Below the pieces are notes generated by a model. The model saw only the letters and a list, made by a program, of their open reading frames with translations. It searched no databases and was not told where the DNA came from. From Bacteroidales bacterium (GTDB lineage: Bacteria; Bacteroidota; Bacteroidia; Bacteroidales; UBA1715): DNA of 64,000 bases. The position numbers and the translations under genes were made by a program. Shown one piece after another: positions 37,594-47,527 of this stretch. Position 1 is the first letter of the stretch. The number at the start of each line of letters is the position of its first letter. The DNA lies in the NCBI GenBank assembly GCA_024409235.1, contig JAKSUA010000005.1, positions 18,284-82,283 of the forward strand, written 5' to 3'.

Positions 37594-38521
37594 ATTCCCA
37601 AGGAGAAAGTTCTGGAAATTCTTCCTGTAAGAACCTTAAGAAATCAGCTTCATCTTTTTCTGCTAAATCATTCACGCAGAATGTTAATGGTTTGAAAATC
37701 AAGAAATCACGATAGAATTTTTTAAAATCCATTCTCATAATTCTATATGTTTGGAATGGTATTATTTTGCGAATTGTTCGGATTACAAATTGTCCGTGAT
37801 GACATTTCTTTAACGGACATCCATAATCAAAAGCCATTGCATATTGTATGATGATTCGTTGGATTTCATCGCCTGTTCTAAAGAAGTTTTGATTCGCTTT
37901 TTCAAATTCTGGAAAATCTTCTTTTGCTTTTTGAAAAAGAGTTTTTGTATATGCATCAAATGAATGTGCAGGAGAATAAAAGCGTACCTTTTTTCTTTTT
38001 GTACAATAAAGATTATAGGCTCTTACAACGGTATCAATCCATGTCTTTCCATTGGTATTTTGTGGAATACGGTGACAATCTAAATATACAATTGGTTTAC
38101 CATTCTTGAAAAAATCAGATGGCTGTACACTTCTTCCAAAGAAAAAGTCATCGCAACCATAAATAAAATGTTCAGAAAGTCCAGGAATTTTGTCTAGATA
38201 CATTTCTATTTTAACCGACGAGAATGTTGGATATTCTGCAGGTGGCAAGATGTCGTTTTGGTTGACAATTGTAATCTTTGGATTTTCCCGTAACCACTTA
38301 GGACATTGATTATTAGTAACGATATAGATGTGACGAATCCATGGTGCATATTTCAACACCGAACGAAGACTATAGCGTAGCTCGTCGTGTTCCACATAGC
38401 GAATATCTCCTGTATGCGTTTCAACAAATGGAATATTTAATTTTTTCATTGTTTCTTGTTTAGAAGCAATGAATAATGGATCTCGTCCATCAACCCAACT
38501 ATATACTAAATCAATATCCAT
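37577..38521 (-). CDS. Stealth-family sugar-1-phosphate transferase
   Basis: DIDLVYSWVDGRDP (Stealth CR1), DELRYSLRSV (CR2), and later conserved blocks (FIYGCDDFFF). Confidence 0.8.
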   Translation of the reverse strand: MDIDLVYSWVDGRDPLFIASKQETMKKLNIPFVETHTGDIRYVEHDELRYSLRSVLKYAPWIRHIYIVTNNQCPKWLRENPKITIVNQNDILPPAEYPTFSSVKIEMYLDKIPGLSEHFIYGCDDFFFGRSVQPSDFFKNGKPIVYLDCHRIPQNTNGKTWIDTVVRAYNLYCTKRKKVRFYSPAHSFDAYTKTLFQKAKEDFPEFEKANQNFFRTGDEIQRIIIQYAMAFDYGCPLKKCHHGQFVIRTIRKIIPFQTYRIMRMDFKKFYRDFLIFKPLTFCVNDLAEKDEADFLRFLQEEFPELSPWEFIENQ

Positions 38522-38526
38522 AGCAA

Positions 38527-39234
38527 TTATTTATCCCATCTTTTCTGTTGTTTTGCCCATTTCTTACAATGCAAAATACAGAAATCATTGTCTTTTGGTA
38601 AATAACACCAAGTTTTATATCCAACAACTAATTCGTGAATCTTCTTGGTCCAGAAAATATCCTTCGAATGTTTGAATAATCTTTTCTGATAATCCGGAAA
38701 GTTTATCAAATCTTTCTGATTAATAGTAGGAACAGAATCCCATGTCATGAATGATTCCTCGTTGTTTATCATGACATTCAAGCGTGGAATTTTGAACAAT
38801 TCAATGTCAGGATTTTGTGATATTATTTCAGGAAGCTTCTCCAATAAATATGGTGAAGGAAGTTCATCGGCATCCAGTTGAAATAGAAAATCACATGATG
38901 TATTTGCAATCAAATTATTTTTGAACTGTCCATAATCTCCTAATAATGGATGCTCAACAACTTTGGTAATTATATTCTCGAATTGTGCAATTACCTGACG
39001 AACTTCTTGGGTTGTATTGTCTTTATCGCATTGAACAAGAATTTCGTCTTCTTTGCGAATATGTTTTACTATTAAATTTAGAATGTTTGAAAGCTCTTCA
39101 TGTTCATCACATACCGTGATTGTATAGCAAATCGTTTGATTTGTTTTTGCTGAACATTGCGTTTGAATAAACATTCGACGCTTAAAACCAAGAGTCTTCG
39201 CAATATTATTGATTATTGTAGTTAACGAATACAT
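38527..39234 (-). CDS. Family 2 glycosyltransferase (small)
   Basis: ITVCDEHEEL... then FQLDADE (DxD) and a GT-A-like beta/alpha pattern. 5 nt upstream of the Stealth gene. Confidence 0.7.
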   Translation of the reverse strand: MYSLTTIINNIAKTLGFKRRMFIQTQCSAKTNQTICYTITVCDEHEELSNILNLIVKHIRKEDEILVQCDKDNTTQEVRQVIAQFENIITKVVEHPLLGDYGQFKNNLIANTSCDFLFQLDADELPSPYLLEKLPEIISQNPDIELFKIPRLNVMINNEESFMTWDSVPTINQKDLINFPDYQKRLFKHSKDIFWTKKIHELVVGYKTWCYLPKDNDFCILHCKKWAKQQKRWDK

Positions 39235-39255
39235 TATTTTCTATCCAAAGCATTA

Positions 39256-39705
39256 TTATATTTTCCCGTCTTCTTTTAGCATATCGAACAACCTTCCAGC
39301 TGTTTCGGCTAACACTTTTGTACAAATCATCTGATGATGCTGACGTTGTTCCACTGCCTCGCGAGTAGCAAACTTTTTTAGTAATTCGCCACAAGCTGTT
39401 GTTCCGTAAACCTCATCAATTGCATTATTTAACTCCCGAACTCTTCGGTACGACAATAATTTATTGTCCATATCTTTAGGATTTTCCGGAGCATACGCAA
39501 GTCCGAAAACCATAAAACTTCCAGTTACCGCACCACATTTTTCACGTAAACGACCCATACCTCCGCCAAAAGTTGCTGACAACAATTTGGCAGATTTTTC
39601 ATCTACATTAAATTCTGGTCCAAAAGCCAACAAAATAGCCTGAGAACACGCATAGCCTTCGTTGAACAAACTCAACACTTTATCAATTGCTTCCTGACGA
39701 GTCAT
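39256..39705 (-). CDS. C_GCAxxG_C_C family protein
   Basis: GYACSQAILLAFG, GGGMGRLREKCGAVTG, TTACGELL. The ORF-track start at 39759 is TTG; the ATG is at 39705. Confidence 0.75.
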   Translation of the reverse strand: MTRQEAIDKVLSLFNEGYACSQAILLAFGPEFNVDEKSAKLLSATFGGGMGRLREKCGAVTGSFMVFGLAYAPENPKDMDNKLLSYRRVRELNNAIDEVYGTTACGELLKKFATREAVEQRQHHQMICTKVLAETAGRLFDMLKEDGKI

Positions 39706-40378
39706 TTTGAAAATAATCTTTAAAATATTTCTTAAACGAATATGGAATCGGTGATTCAAATATTAATTGTTCATGAGTAACAGGGTGAATTATCACCAAA
39801 CGGTTATTATGAAGCATCAAACGATTTTCGGGAGAAGTTTTTGCACCATACTTTCTATCTCCGGCAATAGGCCAACCATGTTCCGACAAATGTACACGGA
39901 TTTGATTTTTCCGTCCCGTAAGAATCTGAACATCAAGCATTGCCATATTTTGGTTTTCTGCAACAATTTTAAACCGTGTTACTGCAAGTTTACCAATTTC
40001 TCTGTTTCTGGTTGAATACACAAACATCGCTGAATTTTCAGTTAGATACGAACGTATTTCCGCCTTTCGTACAGTCGGAATCTTTTCTGTTACAGCGACA
40101 TAACGTCTATCTAGAACAAAATCATTCCAATTATCACGAAGAGTATGTTGAATTTTTTCATCCTTTGCAAACAACAAAATTCCCGACGTAAACTGATCAA
40201 GCCTATGACAAACATAAGCGTCTTCCTTAGGATTTTTCTGTTTTACATATTCACGAACCAGATGCCAAGCATTTTCCTCATGTTCAGAATTATTCCGAAC
40301 AGATAACAATCCAGATGGTTTTTCTATCACGACAAACCATTTATCTTCGTAAATAATATGTAATTTGAATTTTCTCAC
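39683..40378 (-). CDS. RluA-family pseudouridine synthase
   Basis: VVIEKPSGLLS, HRLDQFTSGILLFAK (catalytic Asp), GRKNQIRVHL. Apparent GTG start sharing 1 nt with the upstream stop. Confidence 0.9.
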   Translation of the reverse strand: MRKFKLHIIYEDKWFVVIEKPSGLLSVRNNSEHEENAWHLVREYVKQKNPKEDAYVCHRLDQFTSGILLFAKDEKIQHTLRDNWNDFVLDRRYVAVTEKIPTVRKAEIRSYLTENSAMFVYSTRNREIGKLAVTRFKIVAENQNMAMLDVQILTGRKNQIRVHLSEHGWPIAGDRKYGAKTSPENRLMLHNNRLVIIHPVTHEQLIFESPIPYSFKKYFKDYFQNDSSGSN

Positions 40379-41649
40379 TAATCCTCAAGTATTACATTTC
40401 TATAGAATTGTTCAACGTCATTCCAGTTGTAATATGGAGCAATATCACTCGAAATAGGTAAATCAACTTCTCTTTCGTTCAACAACACTTTTACAAGAAC
40501 ATCATTTGATTTTTTTGATTTATAAAAAATCATCTGAAGATTACCTGCCATAGGAATTATTTTGAAATCACACCATGATTCGCTCAATTTCTCCAAATCT
40601 GTAATCTTTGAATTACAACCCTCCAACTGCATCAAACTTGCAAGTGGAAGCAAACCAGTATCGTGGCCAAAACGTAAAGTTGCATTTGCGCCATCTCCAG
40701 ACAATGCTTTATCAGCCTCATCCAAAATGTGCTTTAATAGATTTTTCGCAAACTTAGCCCCACGTGAATTTGTCATCGGACAAGCCCCATAAGCTCCGTA
40801 CCACCAAGCATTCTGCACCAACCAACAGCCATATAATTCTTCTTGAGTGAACACATCAGCAAAATCAAAATCCAGATCATCTATTCCCTGCATTGTACCA
40901 TGAATCTCATGAAGTTTTCTCATAAAACCTACAGCATCAATATTTTCCAATACATAAAGAGAATCGGAAAACAAAGCCTTCATCATTCTTTCCGGTTTCA
41001 CATGTTTTGAATGAAAATCATCGTAGCCATCCTTCCATTTCGGATTACTTAAATAATTGGCAACAGTGTCCCACGAATCATTACAAATAAAATACATCAA
41101 GCGTTTGCTTGACTCCGCTGTAATCTGTAAATCCGGACACATTGCCTTCAATTGTGAACAAAAAGCATCCATACTCATTATACACCGTTGCGAAGTAGAT
41201 ACACTCACATCAATAACTGCTTTACCATCAAACACTTCCGGAAAATTTTTCACCATTCTTTCGGCAATACCTGCATGCTGCAATCTTCCTGTTTGCGTTA
41301 AGTCGCCTGCACGTAAATATGCATCTGCATATAAACGGTACATTCTTTCGGCAACAGACTTTCCTAAATCAGTTAGAACACCAGCCTGTTCCGCCTTTTT
41401 AAATAGATCATAAAAATATTGATAATCGGAATTTCCCCAATGATAGCGTGATCCATGCCGACCATAATGACTTATATACACTGGTTTATATCCCTTCGGT
41501 GCTACAGTATATTTTTCGTTTGGAATTTGATACCGCAAATGATTGCTGCACATCTTATTAACATCAGCAAAGACTTCTTCTTTTACCGATTGAGCAAAAG
41601 AGACACCAAAAGTTATTACCGCAAGAAATATTAATACACTTCTTTTCAT
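40378..41649 (-). CDS. Histidine acid phosphatase (MINPP/phytase-like), secreted
   Basis: Signal peptide; SHYGRHGSRY (RHGxRxP-type motif) and RFGHDTGLLPL (HD motif). Confidence 0.8.
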   Translation of the reverse strand: MKRSVLIFLAVITFGVSFAQSVKEEVFADVNKMCSNHLRYQIPNEKYTVAPKGYKPVYISHYGRHGSRYHWGNSDYQYFYDLFKKAEQAGVLTDLGKSVAERMYRLYADAYLRAGDLTQTGRLQHAGIAERMVKNFPEVFDGKAVIDVSVSTSQRCIMSMDAFCSQLKAMCPDLQITAESSKRLMYFICNDSWDTVANYLSNPKWKDGYDDFHSKHVKPERMMKALFSDSLYVLENIDAVGFMRKLHEIHGTMQGIDDLDFDFADVFTQEELYGCWLVQNAWWYGAYGACPMTNSRGAKFAKNLLKHILDEADKALSGDGANATLRFGHDTGLLPLASLMQLEGCNSKITDLEKLSESWCDFKIIPMAGNLQMIFYKSKKSNDVLVKVLLNEREVDLPISSDIAPYYNWNDVEQFYRNVILED

Positions 41650-41657
41650 AGCAACTC

Positions 41658-42416
41658 TTAAAATTCAACTACAATAGGACAATGATCAGAGAAATCCACA
41701 TGAGGAATTATTCTCGCATTAGTCATTTTTTCTGCCATATCAGTTGTTACCATATGGTAATCTATACGCCAGCCAAGATTTTTAGGTTTACATCCGCCAC
41801 GATAGCTCCACCACGAATATTGTTCCGGCTGTGTGTTAAATTTTCGGAAACTGTCAACAAAACCACTTGCCACAAATCTATCCATCCACTCCCGTTCGTT
41901 TGGAAGAAATCCCGACACATTTTCATGTTTTTCTGGATGATTAATATCAATAGCTTTATGACAAATATTGTAGTCGCCCGATACAATAATATTCGGATGA
42001 GTTTTTCGAAGTTCGTTTGTATAATTTAGCACTAACTCAAGATACTCTTCTTTCTTTTCCTGACGGACATCACCCGATGTTCCCGAAGGAAAGTACGAAT
42101 TTATCAATGTGAAATCATCAAAATCTAAACGAAGAAAACGACCTTCCGAATCAAAGAATTCATTTCCAATTCCTTTTACTACATTTTTCGGTTTTAGTTT
42201 TGTAAATGTAGCGACACCACTATATCCTTTTTTTTCTGCTGCAAACCAATAAATATCATATCCATACATTCTCAGCATATCAACATCCACTTGTTCCTGC
42301 ATAGCTTTAGTTTCCTGAATATGAATAACATCCGGCATTTCTGTCTCAAACCATTCCATAAATCCCTTTGACAACGCAGCACGGATTCCGTTCACATTAT
42401 ATGATATAATTTTCAT
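41658..42416 (-). CDS. xth: Exodeoxyribonuclease III
   Basis: MKIISYNVNGIRA, IQETK, SGDYNICH, FSDHCPIVVEF. The ATG at 42416 is preferred over the 42452 extension. Confidence 0.93.
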   Translation of the reverse strand: MKIISYNVNGIRAALSKGFMEWFETEMPDVIHIQETKAMQEQVDVDMLRMYGYDIYWFAAEKKGYSGVATFTKLKPKNVVKGIGNEFFDSEGRFLRLDFDDFTLINSYFPSGTSGDVRQEKKEEYLELVLNYTNELRKTHPNIIVSGDYNICHKAIDINHPEKHENVSGFLPNEREWMDRFVASGFVDSFRKFNTQPEQYSWWSYRGGCKPKNLGWRIDYHMVTTDMAEKMTNARIIPHVDFSDHCPIVVEF

Positions 42417-42430
42417 AATCTTCGTTTTTA

Positions 42431-42438
42431 CAAAAATA
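42431..42438 (-). promoter_or_regulatory. Bacteroidota -7 promoter box TATTTTTG (minus strand)
   Basis: Reverse complement of caaaaata, 14 nt upstream of the xth ATG at 42416. Confidence 0.45.
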
Positions 42439-42497
42439 ACAATTTCCAACAAGCAAAAAACAGTAATTTATAATCACTTAACATTAATCTTTCTTTG

Positions 42498-42505
42498 TAC
42501 ATTTG
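42498..42505 (+). promoter_or_regulatory. Bacteroidota -7 promoter box TACATTTG
   Basis: Matches TAnnTTTG, 15 nt before the 42521 ATG. Confidence 0.4.
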
Positions 42506-42520
42506 ACAAAAATCAATTTT

Positions 42521-42940
42521 ATGGCGAAAATCGAATTAAACGACCAAGAATTTCAGGACCTGCTTCAGTTAGCATATATGGGAGAATGGGTTTTAAACGC
42601 ATACGAATCTGCTCCTAATGCAGGAAATATTGATGAATTGGAACAAAAACTTTATGAATCTGCATATCGCCAGGGAAACGACGACATTGAATTCGACAAA
42701 AAATTAGGTGGATACGTTCCATGTCAGGAATTTGAAGAAGATTGCGATAAAATTATCCAAGAATATGACGAACATACTTTCTGGGAAGAACTTATTATAC
42801 GTCTTGCCAACCGCGACCTGCAGGAAATTGGAGCAGACAAACTTCCACAAAAAGAATTTGAGAAAAAACAAAATGAGCTAATTCAAAAATACGAAAAAGA
42901 GTTTGGCAAAAACGGAATAGACAATCTTAAACTTAAATAG
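42521..42940 (+). CDS. Hypothetical acidic cytoplasmic protein
   Basis: 139-aa ORF with plausible composition, and a TACATTTG box 15 nt upstream. No motif recognised. The ORF-track start at 42503 is TTG. Confidence 0.5.
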   Translation: MAKIELNDQEFQDLLQLAYMGEWVLNAYESAPNAGNIDELEQKLYESAYRQGNDDIEFDKKLGGYVPCQEFEEDCDKIIQEYDEHTFWEELIIRLANRDLQEIGADKLPQKEFEKKQNELIQKYEKEFGKNGIDNLKLK

Positions 42941-42954
42941 AAATTCCTCTGAGA

Positions 42955-43887
42955 ATGAAAGGATTAGTTTTAAAATCAACTGGAAACAACTACAAAGTCA
43001 AAGACGAAAAAGGAGAAATAATTGACTGCAGAATCAAAGGAAAACTACGTTTGAACGGGATTCGCAGCACAAATCCAATTGCCGTCGGCGACTACGTTTC
43101 TTTTGATCTTGAAAACGAAACCGAAGGTGTAATCACAAATATTGAAAAAAGAAAAAACTACATTATTCGCAAGGCTTCCAATCTTTCGAAAGAATCGCAG
43201 ATTATTGCCGCAAATGTAGATATGGCATATCTTGTTGTCACCATACATTCTCCCCAAACGCTGCTGCAGTTCATTGATAGATTTCTTGTTACTGCGGAAG
43301 CCTACGACATTCCATGCACAATTCTGATAAACAAATATGATTTATTTCAGTCCGAAGAAGACCAGAAAATCATAGAAGAATGGAAAGAAATTTATCGTCT
43401 TGCAGGTTATGACATCATGTGTATTTCTACAAAAACAGGATACAATATTGACGAATTAAAGAAACGTCTTGCAGGAAAAATCTCTGTTTTATCAGGAAAT
43501 TCAGGTGTAGGAAAAACATCTCTAATCCAAGCAATTACCAATCAAAAAGAATTAAAAATCTCCGAAATTTCAAAATCATTTCACAAAGGACAGCACACTA
43601 CAACTTTTGCCGAAATGTACGAAACAGAAAACTATGGAAGCATCATTGACACACCTGGAGTAAAAGCTTTTGGATTGCTTGACATGAAAAGCGAAGAGAT
43701 GTGTCATTATTTCCCAGAAATCTTCAAATACTCTTCAGACTGTCAGTTTAATAATTGTACACACTCACACGAACCAAAATGTAATGTTATAAGAGCTGTT
43801 GAAGAAGGAAATATTCCTATTTCCAGATATCAGAATTATCTGACTTTTATGGACGACAAAAACGCAAAACACCGCGAAGCCCAATAA
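42955..43887 (+). CDS. rsgA: Ribosome small-subunit-dependent GTPase A
   Basis: Circularly permuted GTPase: NKYDL, GNSGVGKTSL, DTPG, and a C-terminal zinc knuckle CQFNNCTHSHEPKC. Confidence 0.93.
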   Translation: MKGLVLKSTGNNYKVKDEKGEIIDCRIKGKLRLNGIRSTNPIAVGDYVSFDLENETEGVITNIEKRKNYIIRKASNLSKESQIIAANVDMAYLVVTIHSPQTLLQFIDRFLVTAEAYDIPCTILINKYDLFQSEEDQKIIEEWKEIYRLAGYDIMCISTKTGYNIDELKKRLAGKISVLSGNSGVGKTSLIQAITNQKELKISEISKSFHKGQHTTTFAEMYETENYGSIIDTPGVKAFGLLDMKSEEMCHYFPEIFKYSSDCQFNNCTHSHEPKCNVIRAVEEGNIPISRYQNYLTFMDDKNAKHREAQ

Positions 43888-43928
43888 TTTCACAGGATTA
43901 AAAAAGAAGTTCTGTTGAAACTGCAATT

Positions 43929-44513
43929 CTAAAACTGAAAATTTTCCTTTCCACAGATACTTACAACATAGTCCTCAATCTGTTTTGTTGTACAATACCA
44001 ATTTTCATCACAGAAAAAAACCGGTTCTTTTCTTTCAAATGGTAACACGGTAATTGACTCCAAAGGAACTGTTATTCCGCATCCAACAGCCTTTACAAGA
44101 CTTTCTTTTTGAGTCCACAGATAGAAAAAACGTTCTTTTTTGTTTTCCATCCATTGTTGTTCTTCTTCGGTAAAAACTTTTTCTGCTATTGAAAAACGAC
44201 GTTCTTTAATTTGCTCTATATCAACTCCTATTGGATTTTTATCCTTTACCAGAACAACATATTTTCCGCTGTGGGAAACATTAAAACAATCCTGATTTTG
44301 AATATACAACTTGCCATTCTCGTTTTTTTGAATGGTTTCTTCTTTCAAATCAGGAAAAGCTCTCAACAAAAGCACACCAACTCCAATGCTTCTTTTAAAA
44401 TCGGATTCGAATTTATATCTTTTTGCCTTTGCAAATCTTTGAGGCAACCGAACTTCCACATCCGAAATCATTTCAGATGTTATGTCATCTATGCAAAGAC
44501 TATGATATTCCAT
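43929..44513 (-). CDS. 4'-phosphopantetheinyl transferase, Sfp type
   Basis: FNVSHSG, GVDIEQI, WTQKESLVKAVG. 194 aa. Its ATG shares 1 nt with the SusC-like stop (TAATG). Confidence 0.85.
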   Translation of the reverse strand: MEYHSLCIDDITSEMISDVEVRLPQRFAKAKRYKFESDFKRSIGVGVLLLRAFPDLKEETIQKNENGKLYIQNQDCFNVSHSGKYVVLVKDKNPIGVDIEQIKERRFSIAEKVFTEEEQQWMENKKERFFYLWTQKESLVKAVGCGITVPLESITVLPFERKEPVFFCDENWYCTTKQIEDYVVSICGKENFQF

Positions 44514-47479
44514 TAGAACGACATATTCAATCCCAACAAGAACAAACGTTGTTTTGGATAATCATAGTAATAGATTCCATTTGCTCTTGTTTCTGGATCA
44601 AGTCCGGAGAATTTCGTCCACACAAATGGATTTTGTACCTGAGCATACACCATACAACGGCTCAACTTCATTTTCTCGCAGACCTGAGAAGGAATTGTAT
44701 AATTCAACTGAATATTTTTCAAACGAATATACGAGCCGTCTTCCAAATAACGTGTAGAGAACTCATTGCTATTGCTACCATTATTCTGAACTAACTTAGG
44801 ATTTTTTGCATTATCACCAGGTTCTTTCCAATAATCCAAAGCTTCTACAGACTGATTCAAACTTGTTGTTGCTCCATCAGAAATCAACTCATTATTCAAC
44901 TGATTGAAAATTAAATTTCCATAGCTACAATAAAACATAAAATTCAACGACAAGTTTCCGTAACTCAAATTATTTGTCCATCCCATCGTAAATTTAGGAT
45001 CTGCACTTCCAGCAATTACTTTTCTTGCCTTGTTGTAATCTTTTGTAAGATTTCCATTTGCATCATACCACATTGGAGAACCGTCCGCAGAATTCACGCC
45101 AGCCCATTCAGCTAAATAGAATGTCTGCAAAGCCTGACCAACTGTACGGATTTTTGTACTTACAACAATAGTATCACCGCCATACAATTCAGTTATTTCG
45201 TTATGATTTTTTGCAAAAGTTACCGTTGTTGTCCAATTAAATTTGTCGTGATTCACCACAGTTGATGCTAAAGACAATTCAACACCACGGTTTACCATTG
45301 ACCCCACATTCTGCATTTGATTTTCATAACCTGTTGTCATTGAGACTGGAACTGCGAGTAATAAATCAAATGTTTTTCTATTGTAAAAATCTATGCCAAA
45401 ATTTAATCTCCTGAAAAATTTCAAATCAATACCCAAATCAGCATTATGGTTTTTCTCCCAAGTCAAGTCATCATTTCCCATTGTTGAAGGAGTACTTCCT
45501 GGCTCATTCATATAGTTTTGTCCAAACGCATACAACTGCATGTACAAATAATCATCGATATCAGAGTTTCCGGAAGTTCCATAACTTCCACGAACCTTGA
45601 ATAAATCAATCCAGTCAACCGACTGCATGAAACGTTCATCCGAAACAATCCATGAACCACCAACCGACCAGAACGGAGCCCAACGATTTGAAGGACTGAA
45701 CTTTGAAGAACCATCAACACGGAAACTTGCACTTAAATAATATTTCGCTGCAAAATTGTATTGGAAGCTTGAAATTCCAGAAAGCAATGTTGATTCTCTA
45801 CCAAATTCATTCATCTGCTCCATCTGCGAAGCATTTGAGATACTCGACATATTTTCCGATGCGAAATTTGAAGCAATCATATTTGAGTAATTCAAGGCAT
45901 TTGACTCAACCTCAACACCGCCCATAATCTGCAAAGCATGCTTCAAATGTTTGTAGTTCCATCGTAATGTAGAAGACGAAGTCCACGTCATTACATTTGT
46001 TGAATAATACGAAGAAACACCATTTTTGTCCGATCCGTCTGGAGTTTCAGGATGCAAATATGCATATTCCTCAACATTAATATAATCAACATTGGCAATT
46101 GTCTTGAATTCTAAATCCAAAGGAAACTTATATTCAACGAAAACATTGCCAAGCATACGTTTGGTCTTATTATAGTTTTCATTCAAATTGATTACACCAA
46201 CGGGATTATAGAATTTATTCACAAAATTGTAGTCTTCACCATTCATTACCGATACGGTCGGTTTTGCCGTATATGCAGTCGTAACAGGGCTTGAAGTATA
46301 TCCAGGTTCCACCGTGCTATGTTGAATAGTATATGAAGGATTGAATTTCAAACCGAAAGAGCATTTCTCCGACGCCTTATGATTCACGTTCAAACGTGCC
46401 GAAAATCTTTCCAAATCTGTACCTGTTACAATACCTTTTTCATTTTTGTATTGTCCTGAGGCAAAGAATGTTGTGTTATCAGTACCACCTTGAGCAGAAA
46501 ATTCGTAGGATTGATTCCATGCTTTTCTATAAACCTCATCAAACCAGTTTGTACTTGCAGTGTCGTCAAGTAATTCTTCGGCAATTTGTTCATTTGTTTT
46601 ACCGGCATTTCTCATAGCATCTGTCAGCCACGATTTGTACTCATCAGCATCCATCAGCTCAAAACCATTTGTTGTAATCATTCCTACACCTTGAGAAGTA
46701 GAGAAATTATACACTGTTTTTCCCGACTTTCCTGATTTTGTAGTCACCATTATTACACCATTCGATGCACGTGAACCATACAATGATGTTGCAGCAGCAT
46801 CCTTTAAAATTGATATGCTCTCAATATCACTTGGATTCAATGAAGTAAGCACAGACGATGCATCAGAATTCTGCGAAGTTTCACCAGAAAACATTGGAAC
46901 TCCATCGATAACAATTAACGGTGAACTTCCGGCAGAGATTGAACCGGCACCACGTAACTGAATTTCTGAAGAAGCTCCCGGCTGACCGGAATTTGTACTT
47001 AAAACTACACCTGGAACTTGTCCCTGCAATGATTTCTCGAAACTCGAAGACTGCGAAGAAACAATATCATCAGCTTTAAGTGATGACAAAGAACCCGTAA
47101 AAGATTCCTTTTTTTGTTTACCGTAAGGAACTGTTACCACAACAGTTTCAATCATTAAGGCATCTGGTTTCAAGGCTACATTATAGACTTTTTCAGAAGT
47201 TACCGGAACTATTTTCGTTTCCATACCCATATAGCTGAACTCCAACGCAACAACATCCTCAGGTATATCCATCACGAAAGATCCGTCTAATTCGGTAAAT
47301 GCACCATACATTGTAGGAATATAATTTCCACCATCACCTTTTAACATTCCGGCAACAGAAGCAGCAACTAAAGGTTCCTTATTTTGTGCAGAAGTAACTT
47401 TTCCGGAGATTTCACGTGTTTGTGCAATAGAGCCTACGCTCATTGCCAATAAAAATAAAATGATATAAAGTTGTCTCAT
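44513..47479 (-). CDS. SusC/RagA-family TonB-linked outer-membrane protein
   Basis: Signal peptide, CarboxypepD_reg (ISGKVTSAQNKEPLVAASV), plug (GQVPGV...IRGAGS-like QLRGAGSISAGSSPLIVIDGVP), and a C-terminal ...LGLNMSF. The ORF-track start at 47485 is TTG; the ATG is at 47479. Confidence 0.9.
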   Translation of the reverse strand: MRQLYIILFLLAMSVGSIAQTREISGKVTSAQNKEPLVAASVAGMLKGDGGNYIPTMYGAFTELDGSFVMDIPEDVVALEFSYMGMETKIVPVTSEKVYNVALKPDALMIETVVVTVPYGKQKKESFTGSLSSLKADDIVSSQSSSFEKSLQGQVPGVVLSTNSGQPGASSEIQLRGAGSISAGSSPLIVIDGVPMFSGETSQNSDASSVLTSLNPSDIESISILKDAAATSLYGSRASNGVIMVTTKSGKSGKTVYNFSTSQGVGMITTNGFELMDADEYKSWLTDAMRNAGKTNEQIAEELLDDTASTNWFDEVYRKAWNQSYEFSAQGGTDNTTFFASGQYKNEKGIVTGTDLERFSARLNVNHKASEKCSFGLKFNPSYTIQHSTVEPGYTSSPVTTAYTAKPTVSVMNGEDYNFVNKFYNPVGVINLNENYNKTKRMLGNVFVEYKFPLDLEFKTIANVDYINVEEYAYLHPETPDGSDKNGVSSYYSTNVMTWTSSSTLRWNYKHLKHALQIMGGVEVESNALNYSNMIASNFASENMSSISNASQMEQMNEFGRESTLLSGISSFQYNFAAKYYLSASFRVDGSSKFSPSNRWAPFWSVGGSWIVSDERFMQSVDWIDLFKVRGSYGTSGNSDIDDYLYMQLYAFGQNYMNEPGSTPSTMGNDDLTWEKNHNADLGIDLKFFRRLNFGIDFYNRKTFDLLLAVPVSMTTGYENQMQNVGSMVNRGVELSLASTVVNHDKFNWTTTVTFAKNHNEITELYGGDTIVVSTKIRTVGQALQTFYLAEWAGVNSADGSPMWYDANGNLTKDYNKARKVIAGSADPKFTMGWTNNLSYGNLSLNFMFYCSYGNLIFNQLNNELISDGATTSLNQSVEALDYWKEPGDNAKNPKLVQNNGSNSNEFSTRYLEDGSYIRLKNIQLNYTIPSQVCEKMKLSRCMVYAQVQNPFVWTKFSGLDPETRANGIYYYDYPKQRLFLLGLNMSF

Positions 47480-47496
47480 AGTCAAAAATTTCGGCG

Positions 47497-47504
47497 CAAA
47501 TTTA
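47497..47504 (-). promoter_or_regulatory. Bacteroidota -7 promoter box TAAATTTG (minus strand)
   Basis: Reverse complement of caaattta, 17 nt upstream of the SusC-like ATG at 47479. Confidence 0.4.
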
Positions 47505-47527
47505 CGATTATTTATCAGTTCACCATT

